A stretch of 64,000 nt of DNA, taken from contig NIVC01000633.1 in assembly GCA_002269645.1 (NCBI GenBank), positions 124,001-188,000 on the forward strand, written 5' to 3'. A program made the position numbers and the translations under genes. Positions 44,186 through 58,317 of this stretch are shown piece by piece; position 1 is the stretch's first letter, and the number at the start of each line of letters is the position of its first letter. The notes beneath the pieces were generated by a model. It was not told the origin of the DNA. It saw only the letters and a list, made by a program, of their open reading frames with translations, and ran no database searches. Source of the DNA: Macrostomum lignano. Lineage: Eukaryota.

Positions 44186-44327
44186 TGTTGTGTGTTTGAA
44201 TGTATTAGGAGTATTCGCGCTTGGCGAGACTGTGGGCGCAGCCACACACCCTTTACAAGTATATTTGAGTTTGTCCATAGACAATAATTTATGCATGAAT
44301 AAGAAACTAAAGCGGCTGGCTGCCACA
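44186..44327 (-). repeat. 3' LTR (142 bp)
   Basis: Identical to 48552-48693; preceded on the minus strand by the polypurine tract. Confidence 0.95.
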
Positions 44328-44395
44328 TCCCCCTTTTTTCAAAAGAACATTGTTCGTGAATTGCATAGTTTGTTCATAAACAAAAAAATTCGTCA

Positions 44396-47300
44396 TTAAA
44401 CAGCTTGATAGAATCTCGTCTGTTTGACAGTACGACCCGATCGTGTCACATATGGCGCATTTGTGTCAGCATTGGTCGTTTGTCGGTTAGCATCTTCAGC
44501 AGGATTACTTGTTGTTGGGTGCTCATGAGTTGGCTGAATTCCGGATGATGCAGTTGAATCTTTCAGATGACTCTCTGAGATATCTACTGGTCGCTGTAGC
44601 GCTAGATGTTTCGGTATTGCAGACAGTCTGGAGTTCGCAACTCTGGGTGCTAAAAATCGTCGGTTCCTTCTGTAGCATTTACCATCAGCAGTTTGCACTT
44701 GGTACGATCGTTCTGGATCCGTATGATCCCGCGATTGAATTTCTGCTGGAATCCACTGTCTCTTGTCCTCGTACAACCAGACTTGCTCTCCAGTCTCCAG
44801 TGGCTTCAAATCCCTAGCTGTACTGTTGTAGCGAATCGCGTCCTTCCTTCGCATGGCGTTCAGTGTTTCCAAATCATTCTTCGTCCATGTTCGTTTTGGT
44901 ATCAATTCCATTATTGGTACAGGTAGTTCGTACCTCAATTTCCTTCCCATCAGTAGCTCTGCTGGGGTCGGTAACCCACGCTCAATCGGAGTATTACGGT
45001 AGTGAAGCATTGCTTTTTCAAAGTCTTCATTCTTTCTCAAGAAGCATTTCACTGTTTGCACAGCTCGCTCCGCTAATCCATTGGACTGTGGATATCTTGG
45101 TGATGATGTTACAAGCGCTATCCCGTTTGATTTAGCATATAATTGGAATGCGTTGGACGAGAATGGCGGTCCGTTGTCGCATCGCAACTTCTCAGGTGTT
45201 CCGAATGTGGAGAAATATTTCTTTAATTGCAGGATAACAAACTCAGCTGTATTTGATCTTAATGGATCTGCACAGATCCATCGGCTGTATCTGTCCACTA
45301 AAACTATGAATTTTCGACCTTTAAAATCGAACAGGTCAGTCGCGCACTCTTGAAATGGATAATCAGGATGCGGACTTTTAATGATTGTTTCTTTCTGTGG
45401 TCGGGATTGGCTGCTTTGGCAGGCATCGCATGCTGCTATGTAGTTCTGGATGTCCCGACGCATCTGAGGCCAGTATACCGATCCTCTTGCTTTTAGCAGT
45501 GTTTTTTCAATGCCTTGATGTCCTTCATGAATGATGTTCAAGAATTCGTGGCGCATGGTCAGTGGTATAAATATCTTGCTGGTTTTCATAATTAATCTGT
45601 CGTGCTCGGCTAAATCGTGACGAACATTCCAGAAAGGCTTTAGTTGTTCTGGCAATTGGTTTCTGAGTTCCGGCCAACCCTCGCGAATGCGATTCTTGAT
45701 CGCATGGCAAGTTGAATCTGCATATGTGTGTTCCTGGATCTTCTTAAGTAGGTCTTCCGGTAGACAAACCTTTTGGATACCCAAGATTTGATTCTCAAGC
45801 TCAGAGTCTATGTCACTCGCCGAATGCACGGATTGCAAGAAAGCACGGCTTAATGTATCAGCCAAATAAAGATATCTTCCCGGTTTGTATTGCACGTCTA
45901 AGTCGAATTCTTGGATCTTGAGTATCAGACGTTGAATTCTAGCCGATAGTTCATCCATTGGCTTCTTCATAATATACTGCAGCGGTTTGTGGTCAGACTC
46001 GACGGAGACTCTACGTCCCCAGAGATACTGTCTGAACCTTCGACAGCCAAATACTATCGCAAGCATTTCCTTCTCTATCTGGGCATATTTCTTTTGAGCG
46101 GATGTTAGAGCTGATGATGCATACTCAATGACATGTCCTTCCTGCAGTAGTGCTGCTCCCAAGCCATCTTTGCTGGCGTCGACAGATAAAATTAGGTCTT
46201 TATTCGGGTCAAATGGCGCAAGCACAGGTGCTTCGCAGAGGCACTGCTTGATTCCTTGATACGCCTTTTCTTGGTCGTTGGTCCACACCCATTCGGATTC
46301 TTTCTTCATGAGTTCCCTCAAAGGACTTGTCAGTGCAGAAAAGTTTGCTATGAATCTTGACAAGTAATTTGCACTACCAATAAACCGTTGGAGCTGCGCT
46401 TGCTTTTCAGCACGCTGTTCAAAACTGTTTGGGTGCGGCATTTCTTTGATGCTGTTTACTTTTTGTGGATCTACTTTCACACCTTTGTCAGTTAGTATGT
46501 GTCCAAGAAATCGAAGCTCGGTTTTGCCAATGCTCGTCTTTTGCCTGTTCAGAGTCAGGTTCTTTTTCCTGCATTGCTCCAAAAGATTTCGAACTGCTTG
46601 GTCGTGCTCTTCCCGAGTCTTTCCCCATACTATGATGTCATCGATGTAGTTAGCAGATTTTTCTACTTGACTTGTCACTTCTTCTTTGATGCGCCTTTGG
46701 TAAGCTTCAGGTGCATCCTTTAGACCAAAAGCTAGTCGATTCCATTTGTAAACACCAAACGGAGTGTGAAATGCAGTAAGAATTGAACTTTCTTGATCCA
46801 ACTGAACTTGATGGAAGCCAGACTTAGCATCAAATGTTGAGAAGTATTTTGCTCCTGTCATCTCGCTAATCATCTCGTCATAAGTTGGAATGGGGTATCG
46901 ATTTCTGACAATATCATCATTTAGATTCTTTGGATCTAAGCACAGTCTAATCGAGTTATCCTTCTTCCAGACGATAACAACATTGGACACCCAATCTGCC
47001 GGCTGGTCGCATTTCGTTATTATTCCTTGGCTCTGCAAACGGTCAAGCTCTTCACGCAGGGCCTTCATAGCCGCAAATGGGACTTTCCTTGGGCCTTGGA
47101 CTTTCGGTATTGCACCTTCTCTCAATGAAATGTGATGCGCTCCAGGCAGACATCCAATTCCTTCGAACACATCGCTGTATTCCTTAAAGATCTTTGATTC
47201 CGTCAGCACTTCTTTATCTGTAGTCTTTGTTACGTTGAGGATTTGAATCAGGCCTAATTTCTCAGCTGTGTCGGTCGCTAATAGAGGTGTATTGTCTTCC

Positions 47301-48480
47301 TCAATGATGGTGAATTCTACTGTATGCACGGCGTCTTTGTGTGAGAGTCGCAATTTAATCTTGCCCTTCACATTAAGCGTCTGATTGTTATATACTGATA
47401 GTCTGGTGTGGTCTTTTTCTAATGGGTTGTCTGTGATTGTTCTTAAACGTTTCTCGGACATGATATTCACATCAGCGCCGGTATCAATTTTGTAGTTGAC
47501 GATGTGTCCAAACTCAGTGTCTAGCGACACAACTGTTCTTGAAACGGCTTTCACTTCATTTCCATTATAGTAATTCATAGAATATTTACTTACATCCCAT
47601 GCAGCAGCTTGGTAAGAATTCGATGTTTCAGTCACGTCAGTAAGCTCATCTTCAACTGTACGAATCTGTTTTGATTGTTTTGTTTTCTCTTTCCGGCACA
47701 TGGCCTTAAAATGGTTCTTTTGTCCACAGTTCAAGCAGGTCTTGCCATAGGCACTGCAGTTGGTGTGACCAAATTTGTGGTTCTTGCCGCAGTATCTGCA
47801 TGCCTGTTGTCCTGTAGGAGCCTTTCGTGTGATAGACTTGGACTTGGCTCTGGTTGATTGCTGCAACTTGTGATCAGGGTCTTTTACAATTCGACTGACA
47901 GAGTTTCTGTTTTCACTCTTTATACCTGTCATCTGCCTGGCTTGCATCTTTGAAGCTTCGGTGGCACGGCACAGAACAATAGCCTTTTCCAGTGTCAGCT
48001 TCTCTTCCTCAAGGAGCCGTTCACGGAGTGCTGAATTATGAACCCCATATACTATCTGATCTCGAAGCATGGCATCGTCAATGCATTGCCCATTTTAGGC
48101 TTTGAAAAACTGCATCGCTTTATTAACAATCGTAGCTCATTTATGAAGTGATCAAAATCTTCATACTGCTCCTGCTTACGCATTCTAAACTTGTAGCGAT
48201 CAAATGTTTCGCTGTCCAGAGGAATGCAGAATTTCTCGAATTTGTCGATGATGTCTTTGTGAGCAGAGTCAGTAGAGAGTTCGAATGTCTCGAATATGTC
48301 CCTGCCTTCTTCACCGATGGCGGTCAGCAGAATCGCATTCTTCATGCTGTCAGCCTCCTTGTCGCGCTTTGTGGCGGTCATGTATAAATTGAATGCGCCG
48401 ATCCATTTTCTCCAGCGTTCTGACTTGGCCTCATCGAATACCATGGGCCCTGGAGGTCGCAGTCCAGCTGCGTCGGACAT
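44396..48480 (-). CDS. Gag-Pol polyprotein (capsid, CCHC knuckles, protease, RT, RNase H, integrase) with one -1 frameshift near 48090
   Basis: Gag MSDAAGLRPP...; CRYCG...CLNCGQKNHFKAMC; IDTGADVN; YIDDII; DASKDGLGA; HEGH...CDAC; TDLF...DNG...ERAVQT. Frame change at CCTAAAATGGG. Confidence 0.92.
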
Positions 48481-48551
48481 GCCGCTGTAGTTGCCACCAA
48501 AAACGACGCACAAAGCAATTATCTAATTGGAGTCTTTTACCTCTGACACCA

Positions 48552-48693
48552 TGTTGTGTGTTTGAATGTATTAGGAGTATTCGCGCTTGGCGAGACTGTG
48601 GGCGCAGCCACACACCCTTTACAAGTATATTTGAGTTTGTCCATAGACAATAATTTATGCATGAATAAGAAACTAAAGCGGCTGGCTGCCACA
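48552..48693 (-). repeat. 5' LTR (142 bp)
   Basis: Followed on the minus strand directly by PBS TGGTGTCAGAGG. Confidence 0.95.
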
Positions 48694-49441
48694 ATATGCA
48701 TCTGTTCAATTTTAGAATTTATTCCAATAGGGCATGCTAGTTAACACATACTTTCTCTACATGGCCTTGCAGCTTAGCTTAAGCTTCAATTTTCATATTG
48801 GCAAGCTAGTTACTTAATGATAAACTATAGCATAGTGAGGCTTGGGATATGAATTTGTTTTCTAACACAATTTTGGAACAGCAATTTTTGGTTGTTTAAA
48901 ATTCAATTATTGCATTTCTTTGGCTCCCTAATAGGGGGCGTAGATTGCTAGTTGTGTTAGCTAAACTCTTGCACATTTGATAAATTATAACTAGTCTAAG
49001 AATAAAAAATATATATCCTAATCCAAACACCATATAAAACTAATAAGACTATATAACAAACTACATATTAAGCATTTTATTATATAAATGGTCCATTATA
49101 GACTATTTATGAATTAAAAGATGGGCTTATAGATACAAATGCAAAGGATTATCATATTGCAAAAAAATATTTCTGACAAACAAAAGTCTCATAAATAATA
49201 GTTTAATTTCCTTATATAATAATTTATTTTATTTGTTACTTCTATAATTAAATAGATAAAGTATAGTATAGCATAGTAGTATATATTTTGCCTTTTGTTA
49301 GTTGCCTAGACCTATAGGCTTACCCTATAGTAAGAAGGTAGCCTTAGCCATAGAAAATTAATCTTCCTTTTCACTCAATCTTTCATAATGCTGCTCTAGT
49401 TTTATCAATCTTCTTCAAATTTGACAGACAATCTTTAACTA

Positions 49442-50021
49442 CAAGGGGTGTCCCAAAAGTCGGTGCACTTTTTTCACTACAGCCTTTTCTGAACAATCAG
49501 AAATATTAAGTCTGTTGCAGTTGAAAAGAGAATTATCTGCCCATTAAAATGACTTTCTGTTTATTTCTGTATCTGCTGGCATTCTTGAGATATGAGCACT
49601 TTTCTGCCCCACCCCCTGTGCTACTTTACGAATTGCCATAGACCAAAGCTTTGTACCTGAGGACAGAAGTGTGCAGCGCACCCAGTGGTGACTATGTGGA
49701 GAAGCCTCAGGACAATGTTGATTAACTTTTAACTGTTCTTTCCTCAGCTTTCATGTTGCAGATGTTTTGTTGATTTGTTGAATGTTTTGTTGTTTGGTGC
49801 ATCAGGTACAAAGCTTTGGTCTATGGCAATTTGTAAAAGTAGCACAGGGGGTAGGGCAGAAAAGTGCTCATATCTCAAGAATGCCAGCAGATACAGAAAT
49901 AAACAGAAAGTCATTTTAATGGGCAGATAATTCTCTTTTCAATTGCAACAGACTTAATATTTCTGATCAGTCAGAAAAGGCTGTAGTAAAGAAAGTGCAC
50001 CAACTTTTGGGACACCCCTTG
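49442..50021. mobile_element. Tc1/mariner-type MITE (580 bp) with ~220-bp TIRs
   Basis: Arms 49442-49660 and 49802-50021, ends CAAGGGGTGTCCCAAAAG, TA on both sides (49440-49441, 50022-50023). Confidence 0.9.
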
Positions 50022-50520
50022 TATTTTGACACAATTATGTAAAATGTTGAGTCTCAACATTCATCCTAAATGGTGCTGTGCACTTGTTTGCTCCATATAA
50101 AGCAATTGACATAAAACTTGACACAATTTTTCATTGATTTATTTTCTATCTAAATGTGGTGTATCACACACTGAGATGCACTATAGTTTATATAAGTTCA
50201 AGTTCGTTATTCAATGCCATTTTTTGCACTAATCGCCTCTAAGCATTCTATTGCTACAGTTTCTTCTATGGTAATTAACCCAGCCCAAAGTTTCTAGAGC
50301 TCACCCTTCTGATCTCTTTCAAATAAGAAATATAAAGAATCTTAAGCTCATGGGTTAAATACTTCAGCCGGAGTTCAATTCACAACACTAAATAACCTTC
50401 CCCCTTTAAGTCTCAACTCAATACCTTAATTAGGACAGAAACTATATTATAAGCATATGAATTTTTTTGTTGTTTTCTGCTATTTATACCACTTAGGCCT
50501 ACTCACTTTGGCAATATACA

Positions 50521-50819
50521 CATACATGCGCAACAGTTGGCCGAGTCAGCCGATACGGCCAACCGATTTGGCAGCCAATCAAGGAAGTCGCAAAAATGCC
50601 CACCTGAAAAAATACCAAAGTAGTATTACTAAGTAGCTGACGAGGCATTTTGACCTAAAAGGACAGGCATAGTTACTCCTGCCGTTTACTCAATGTTGCA
50701 TTAATTTTGCTTTACGGTTTTTATTACATATAAGTTGCATTTTTGGCCAAAAACTACGTGGCATTTTTGTTAAAACTAAGTCACATGGCCGACCGAATTT
50801 TGGAGGTTGCGCATGTATG
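50521..50819. mobile_element. 299-bp MITE with 14-bp TIR and 8-bp TSD (hAT- or P-type)
   Basis: TIR CATACATGCGCAAC / GTTGCGCATGTATG; AATATACA duplicated at 50513-50520 and 50820-50827. Confidence 0.85.
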
Positions 50820-52810
50820 AATATACAAGTTGGGTTGTTTAAGAATTGAAAATTTTTTTATTAGGCCTACATTGGCTCTGAATTTTTATATGACCTATTT
50901 ATAAAATTTTTATGCTAGAAATCAATACTAGATAATTCACAAAAAAAACTTTTTTGCTGAAAGTCAATTCACCAAATACCTTTTTGCCAAAAACCTAATT
51001 GGGAAACTGATATCCACCAATTCAAACAGTGCTCTTGGCAATCTTTCAAGTCCTCCATTCCATCCAATATACTAAAAATGAGTTGTCTGTGGGTATGCGA
51101 TAGATTTCAGAAAAAAATGGCTCAACCGATTTTTTCAAACTTGCACCATTCAATCAGAAATTTTCCTGGGACGGTACATACACCTTGGCTAAGAAATTAC
51201 TCAATGTTAAAGAGATTGAATATTCGAAAAACATGCTTTTTTGCAAAGGTCAAGTTAATTTTTTGACTTGAAATGCATTGGAAGAATGCTAGAAAAAACA
51301 CTGACTGACTGAAATTTGATTCTGATAAAGATTGCATCACAACAAGTTGAAAACAGTGTCAAAGAAATGCGCACAAGACTTGAATAAAATTGTGTAACTG
51401 TATTGCTAACTTAAACTGAGACTCCTCTCTACCCTATCTCCCAACCTTCTCTTCCCTACCCTCTTTTCCTCTTCACTCTCTCCTCTACCTTCTCCCCCCT
51501 CTACCCTCTTTCTCTTCTATTTTAAGAGTGAATACACACTAAGTTGATGGAATGCAGAATATAGGGCATAAACTTACCACTCAAACACAGTTGATGGAAC
51601 CAATGTTTGCACTTATCACAATTTAATGCAGGCTCCTTGTCAGTTACTGCTCTGGCACACGCTGGACAGACATCTTCTTTGACTTCCATCAGACAATTAG
51701 TTAAGGAGCTGGTATGCTTTAGCTAGCTAGTTGCTTTTTAGATGCAGGGAAGATATTAAGTCAATATTCTTGAGTGTTAAAGAGTAAATATATAGTGTGC
51801 AGACCGGTAGCTATATGGATCTTGCTTTCAATTGCTTCTGTACAAGTATGGATATAGGATGCATGCTGTGTTGCTGAATGAACGAATAAGTGTTATCTAA
51901 ATATACTACCAGTAAATCTCTTCATTTACTAAATGTAGAAAACCAAGTTTTGTTTGACTTTACACTTATACACATGTGTTTATGTTGCCATGGTCACGAG
52001 CCACGACTATAAGTTTGCAGTACACGCACAGGACAGTTGTCAATAAGCGCCAAAATTAATTACAAGATAAATTTCAAGCCAACTCATCTATACTCTATAC
52101 TCTGAGGCGCACATATAGTAGCGGATCTAGAATTTCATTTGGGGGCTGAAGGGGAGGGGCATCAATCCAAGTTTTGGGTGCCAACATGAGTATGAGGGGT
52201 GCCAAAATGCGTAGGAGGCGAAAAATCTAGTTTAAAGGGTGCAAACTTAGGTTTTTGGGGCTCAATAAGTTCTATCAAGCTCTATCCGCGGGTCCGCCCC
52301 TATTGGCGCCCTTTGCCTTAATATTCCTTAAATTAGCACATAACATATGTACAGTCATAAGCTATGCTATAGGTATACAGTTGTTTTCTAAACTTGTTCA
52401 ATGGCTTTTAAGATGTACATTTACATCTATAATACATGTACATGTAGATGTAGTACAAAAAATCTAATAATCAATTGTCGTTGACTTGGGTTGAAAAATT
52501 TAAGTATGGATAAAATTAAGTGCACACTATAAATGTTATGCCTCGAAATGCACTCAAACAAAATGATAATTGCAGATAGCATATAAACCTTTATTACTTT
52601 AATAAGAGTTTATATTAATAGCTATATATTTTAATATTTAACAACAAAAATAGGCAAATCAAGTCTAAAAAGCTTGTCACTGAATTGACCACTGGTGTCA
52701 CCGAAATGTGCCAAGTTGTCACCGAAGTTGTTGTCACCATAATGTCTTGTCACCGAATTGACCTGGGACCAGCTCTAGCACCGAAACCAGTTAAGATTCA
52801 GTAGTATACT

Positions 52811-53190
52811 CCAAACCAGGACTTTGATGTCTGGATCCAAGCTCTTAAGGAGCATTGTGAACTCAATGGGATTGCAGATGACAGACAAAAGAAAGCAGAA
52901 TTCCAAGTAAATTTGGACATTGCCATAATATATACTACAATTATTAGAATGGAACTGCTAAACAATCTAACATTTGGCAAATTTAAGTAGAGGTTGTCTG
53001 AGCGCTTTACACACATGGCTGACACACTGGAGTATCATGAACAATACCAATGCTGCCAGCCAGCAAGGCAAGAATAAGTGTTGACAATTACGGCAACCAA
53101 ATAATTGCTTTGGCCAATAGAGCATTTTTGCATTTCATCCTAGTTCAGAAGAAGGTTAAGCTGGTCGACCAGTTCACTGTGGGAGTGCAA
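52811..53190 (+). pseudogene. Degenerate retrotransposon gag relic
   Basis: PNQDFDVWIQALKEHCELNGIADDRQKKA...LTF..FK*RLSERF, then in another frame SVDNYGNQIIALANRAF and KLVDQFTVG; a gag capsid pattern with stops and frameshifts. Confidence 0.55.
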
Positions 53191-54629
53191 ATTGCCTAGT
53201 CAGCCAGAGAACAGTTAATCTGAATCTGACTGCAGCTAAAAGGGCCGTGCTACACCTAGACAGCAGCTAGCTTGGCTCAACAAGTAGCACCATTGCCAGC
53301 AGCAAGACATTCTCATTTTCAGTGAAACTTTCTAGCTTTACGAGTGCCAAGATAACGAAGGCAAGAATTCAAAGTTCTAGAAACTGCCCAACCACCCCAA
53401 AATTTTCTTTTCTCTGCCCCTACCTCAGGGCTGCTAGTGGCAGATCCAGAGGGAATGGGGGCAGCTGTCCCCCTCTTTTTCCATGGCTGAATGTCTGTAC
53501 CTGTAGCCATCACATCCATCACTAGCTAATACATTATTGTATCTATTTGGGGGGATATTGCAATTTTTGGCTTATTTAGAGCTTATTTTAGGCCAACCCA
53601 AAAAGTTAGGCCAATCTACCCAGGACTACCACCCCCCTACTTTAAAAATCCTGGATCCTAGGCCTAATGCAGCTCTAATGCATAAAGTATATAAATTGAG
53701 TTACTTGAATTTGTATAAGCCTAGAATTGCATAAAAACTGTTTTAAAAATGCATGTATAGGCCTACTGTATGCTTAATAGTAAAAATACTGCTTTATAGT
53801 TACACATAAAAACCTAAAAAGATAATAAGCATAGACAGTGAATTTTGAAACATAAATAATGACCTAAAGTGGGTGTGATACTTCTTAGCGCTATTTATCA
53901 CTACTGTGAGCAAGAATTAGCAAGCACCATAACACTAAATGCATATTTATTTATTATTTTGTTGTACTATTCTAGTGTGTACGCCGCGCATTTTTATAAT
54001 TTTAAACATTTTAAATGTTAAAGGTTTCTCCGGAAGGACAATCTTAACAAAAGCTATAGCTTTTTGTAAGAAAACAAATGGAATGCAGTATTATTTTAAA
54101 TTAATGTGCTTTAGTTTTATGTAAAACTATAATAGTTAGCATAAAAAGCGACAATACGTCCGGTACAGGAATCGCAAATTCCAAAATCGGAATATTCATT
54201 GAAGTTGTCCCAGATCAACAACTAGCTGGCCTTCTGTGAGAACTCCACCCTTTCATTCCAAAATTATTGTAGGCCTACCTTAATGTTTAAGAAGCATCCA
54301 AATTTTTTTATCAAAAGTAGTACTTTATTTTTAGCTTATGTTATGTTGCCATTTTTAAGATGCATTTTTTTACTTCAGTAAAAATTGTTTTGTATGCCTA
54401 TTAGTATTAAGAATTGGTCATTACCATGGCATGGCATAGGTTTATAAAATGAATCTGCTCTTATTTAGCATAATTATGAACTTGTATCTACCTAGTCTGG
54501 AATCTTGTTTACCTTGCATATCCTTTAGCAGGCACTTGTTTTAATTCTAGTTTTTTATTGATTGACAGAAAGATTTTATAAATATAATTCTAGGAAAGTA
54601 ACTTGAATAAGAACTTTAACTTTAATTGC

Positions 54630-55050
54630 ACTTGATAAACTAAGGATTATTGCGCTTGATAAGCCAAGCCTTATTGCACTAGATAAGTCAAAGATTACTG
54701 CACTTGATAAATTAAAGATTATTGTCTATACTTGATAAACCAAGAATTAGACCATTATTATTAATAAGCCAAATATTATTGCACTTAATAAGCCAAGAAT
54801 TTCTGCACTTGATAAACCAAGAATTACTGCACTTGATAAGCCAAGCATTATTCTACTTGATAAGCAAAGGATTAGTATATTTGATAAACAAAGGATTTTT
54901 ATTGGACTTGATAAACCAAGGATTCTTGAGTTGCACTTAACAAGCTAATAATTGTTGCATTTGATAGGCCCCTTAAGCCAAGGATTATTGTACTTGATAA
55001 GTAACAGATTATTGCACTTGATAAGACAATGATTATTGCATTTTATGTAT
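54630..55050. repeat. Old, degenerate ~25-bp tandem repeat
   Basis: Recurrent ATTATTGCACTTGATAAGCCAAG variants. Confidence 0.7.
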
Positions 55051-56298
55051 AAAGGATTATTTCATTGAATGAGTAAAATATTTTGCAGTAAATAGTAAAT
55101 ATCATTATTGCACTAAATAATTAAGAGATGCTTAATATTGGGAAGAGGGGGTACTTGCTATCTTGTGGTGTGCTATCTAGGGGGTGCTTTGTCCTCCCTA
55201 AGATAAAGCATATCTAGGGTGTGCTTTGGTAATATTTGCTATTATATTTGGGGGATAATTGCTATTATATTTGGGCATATGTTTGCTATCTTAAAGGAGG
55301 AAGGTAGGATGTTTGCTATCTAGGTTACTTTTTATCTGGGGGATGCTTGCTATCTGAAGGATGCTTATTATCTAGGGGATACTTGCTACTTTGGGGGAGG
55401 GGTGCTTGTTATTGGAGGATACTTGCTATCTAAGAAGAGGGTGCTTGCTATTGGCAAATGCTTGCTATTTGGGGAGATGCTTGTGGTCTAGGAGATACAT
55501 TCTATTTAGACAAATGCATGTTGATCTTTATGAAGGCTTTTTTGTTATATTTTTGTTACTTTGCCAAAAAGAGATTCTTAGCAGACATCTTTGTTTCTAA
55601 CAATTTTACTCAAAAAGTGATTTATAAAACTTAAAAAGGAAATGGTTCTTAAAAATATGCTTTATAATGGATTTGCATCAATAAATTTTGCTCATTGCTT
55701 GTTGCATGCCTTGAAGGAGGGCACTAGATTGCTAGTATATACTGAACCCGTCAATTTTTTAAGGCCTATTTAAAAGTTTTTTATTTAGCTTTGCTTAAGG
55801 CTTATTATAGTATATTATAATAGTTTTGTAGTCTGTTTAGTTTATTAATTAATAAACTAAGGTAAGGAGATAGATTATATTAGCTAAAGGGTTTTCTAGA
55901 CATTTTGATGCTAAAGTGTATATATAATATTCATATAGGATATAGATAATTTTTTGGATGATTCTATTAATATTGTAAAATATAATTTTTTTGTGCATTT
56001 TATTCTTAAATCCTATAGATAACAAGATAATACTTGTATATTAATTGTTAATATATATTATTTTCCCTTTAAGTTGTTTTATATAACCACATAAAAATAT
56101 TTTATATCTATGTATTATATGAGTATCATCCCAAAAGTTCTCTGTATCATTGAATTATTCCTACAAACTAGCACCAATTTTGAAGAAACTGCAACACAAA
56201 CTTGTACCAATATTTGCACACAACATTAGATAAATTTTCATGAAAAAATCTCAATGCAATTAGAAATAACAAGCTGAGTTGTCTAATACCTTCAGAGC

Positions 56299-56517
56299 AA
56301 ATGGACAGCTCTCACATTGACTTCTTAAACTGGCACAGTGCAGCTCATGCAGCATCACCAACTGAATAAGCAAGTGTCACAAGCAGAAGAGTGAATAAAC
56401 TTGACAAGAATTCCATTATTTATTCCTGACTAACTAGCTGACTTGCATGACTGGTTGGTGATGCTGCACAAGCTGCACTGTGCCAGTTAAGAAAGTCAAT
56501 ATCAAAGCTGTCCACTT
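56299..56517. repeat. Imperfect inverted repeat (~66-bp arms, ~85-bp spacer)
   Basis: 56299-56364 (TGGACAGCT...CTGGCACAGTGCAGC...CAGCATCACCAAC) pairs with 56450-56517. Confidence 0.8.
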
Positions 56518-56519
56518 GG

Positions 56520-56603
56520 GAAATTGTTCCCAAGTCGGTCGAGAATCGAACCCTCGACCTTCAAGTCAAAAGTCCGACGCTCTAACCACAAGGCTGCAGT
56601 CCC
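56520..56603 (-). mobile_element. tRNA-like SINE head related to the SINE at 34368-34670
   Basis: Minus strand GGGACTGCAGCCTTGTGGTTAGAGCGTCGGACT...GGGTTCGATTCTCGACCGACTTGGGAACAATTT shares A/B boxes and the GACC-AC...GGAACAATTT post-tRNA segment. Confidence 0.62.
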
Positions 56604-56696
56604 TTAATAAGCCCCGAAATTAGAGGTAACATCTGAGCTGGCTCAAAATGCATCCCCGCAATGCTACTTTCTGTAGGCGCTGCTCACGATGACTGA

Positions 56697-57712
<1,016 letters not shown>

Positions 57713-57716
57713 ATAA

Positions 57717-58286
<570 letters not shown>

Positions 58287-58317
58287 TGAATGATTGGCCT
58301 TGATAGAGATTCCCTTG

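Larger units (their letters stand above)
44186..48693 (-). mobile_element. Ty3/Gypsy LTR retrotransposon (single gag-pol type), 4508 bp, very recent
   Basis: Identical 142-bp TG...CA LTRs (44186-44327, 48552-48693); TSD ATATG (44181-44185, 48694-48698); PBS TGGTGTCAGA; PPT GAAAAAAGGGGGA. Confidence 0.96.

Noticed and set aside
48052-48130. Programmed ribosomal frameshift in the Gypsy element
   Set aside because: The shift is inside the capsid domain, lacks an X XXY YYZ heptamer and is fixed by one extra A in a homopolymer.
52118-52310. GCGGATC-ended MITE (similar candidate at 53437-53665)
   Set aside because: Termini are too degenerate and no TSD could be confirmed by eye.
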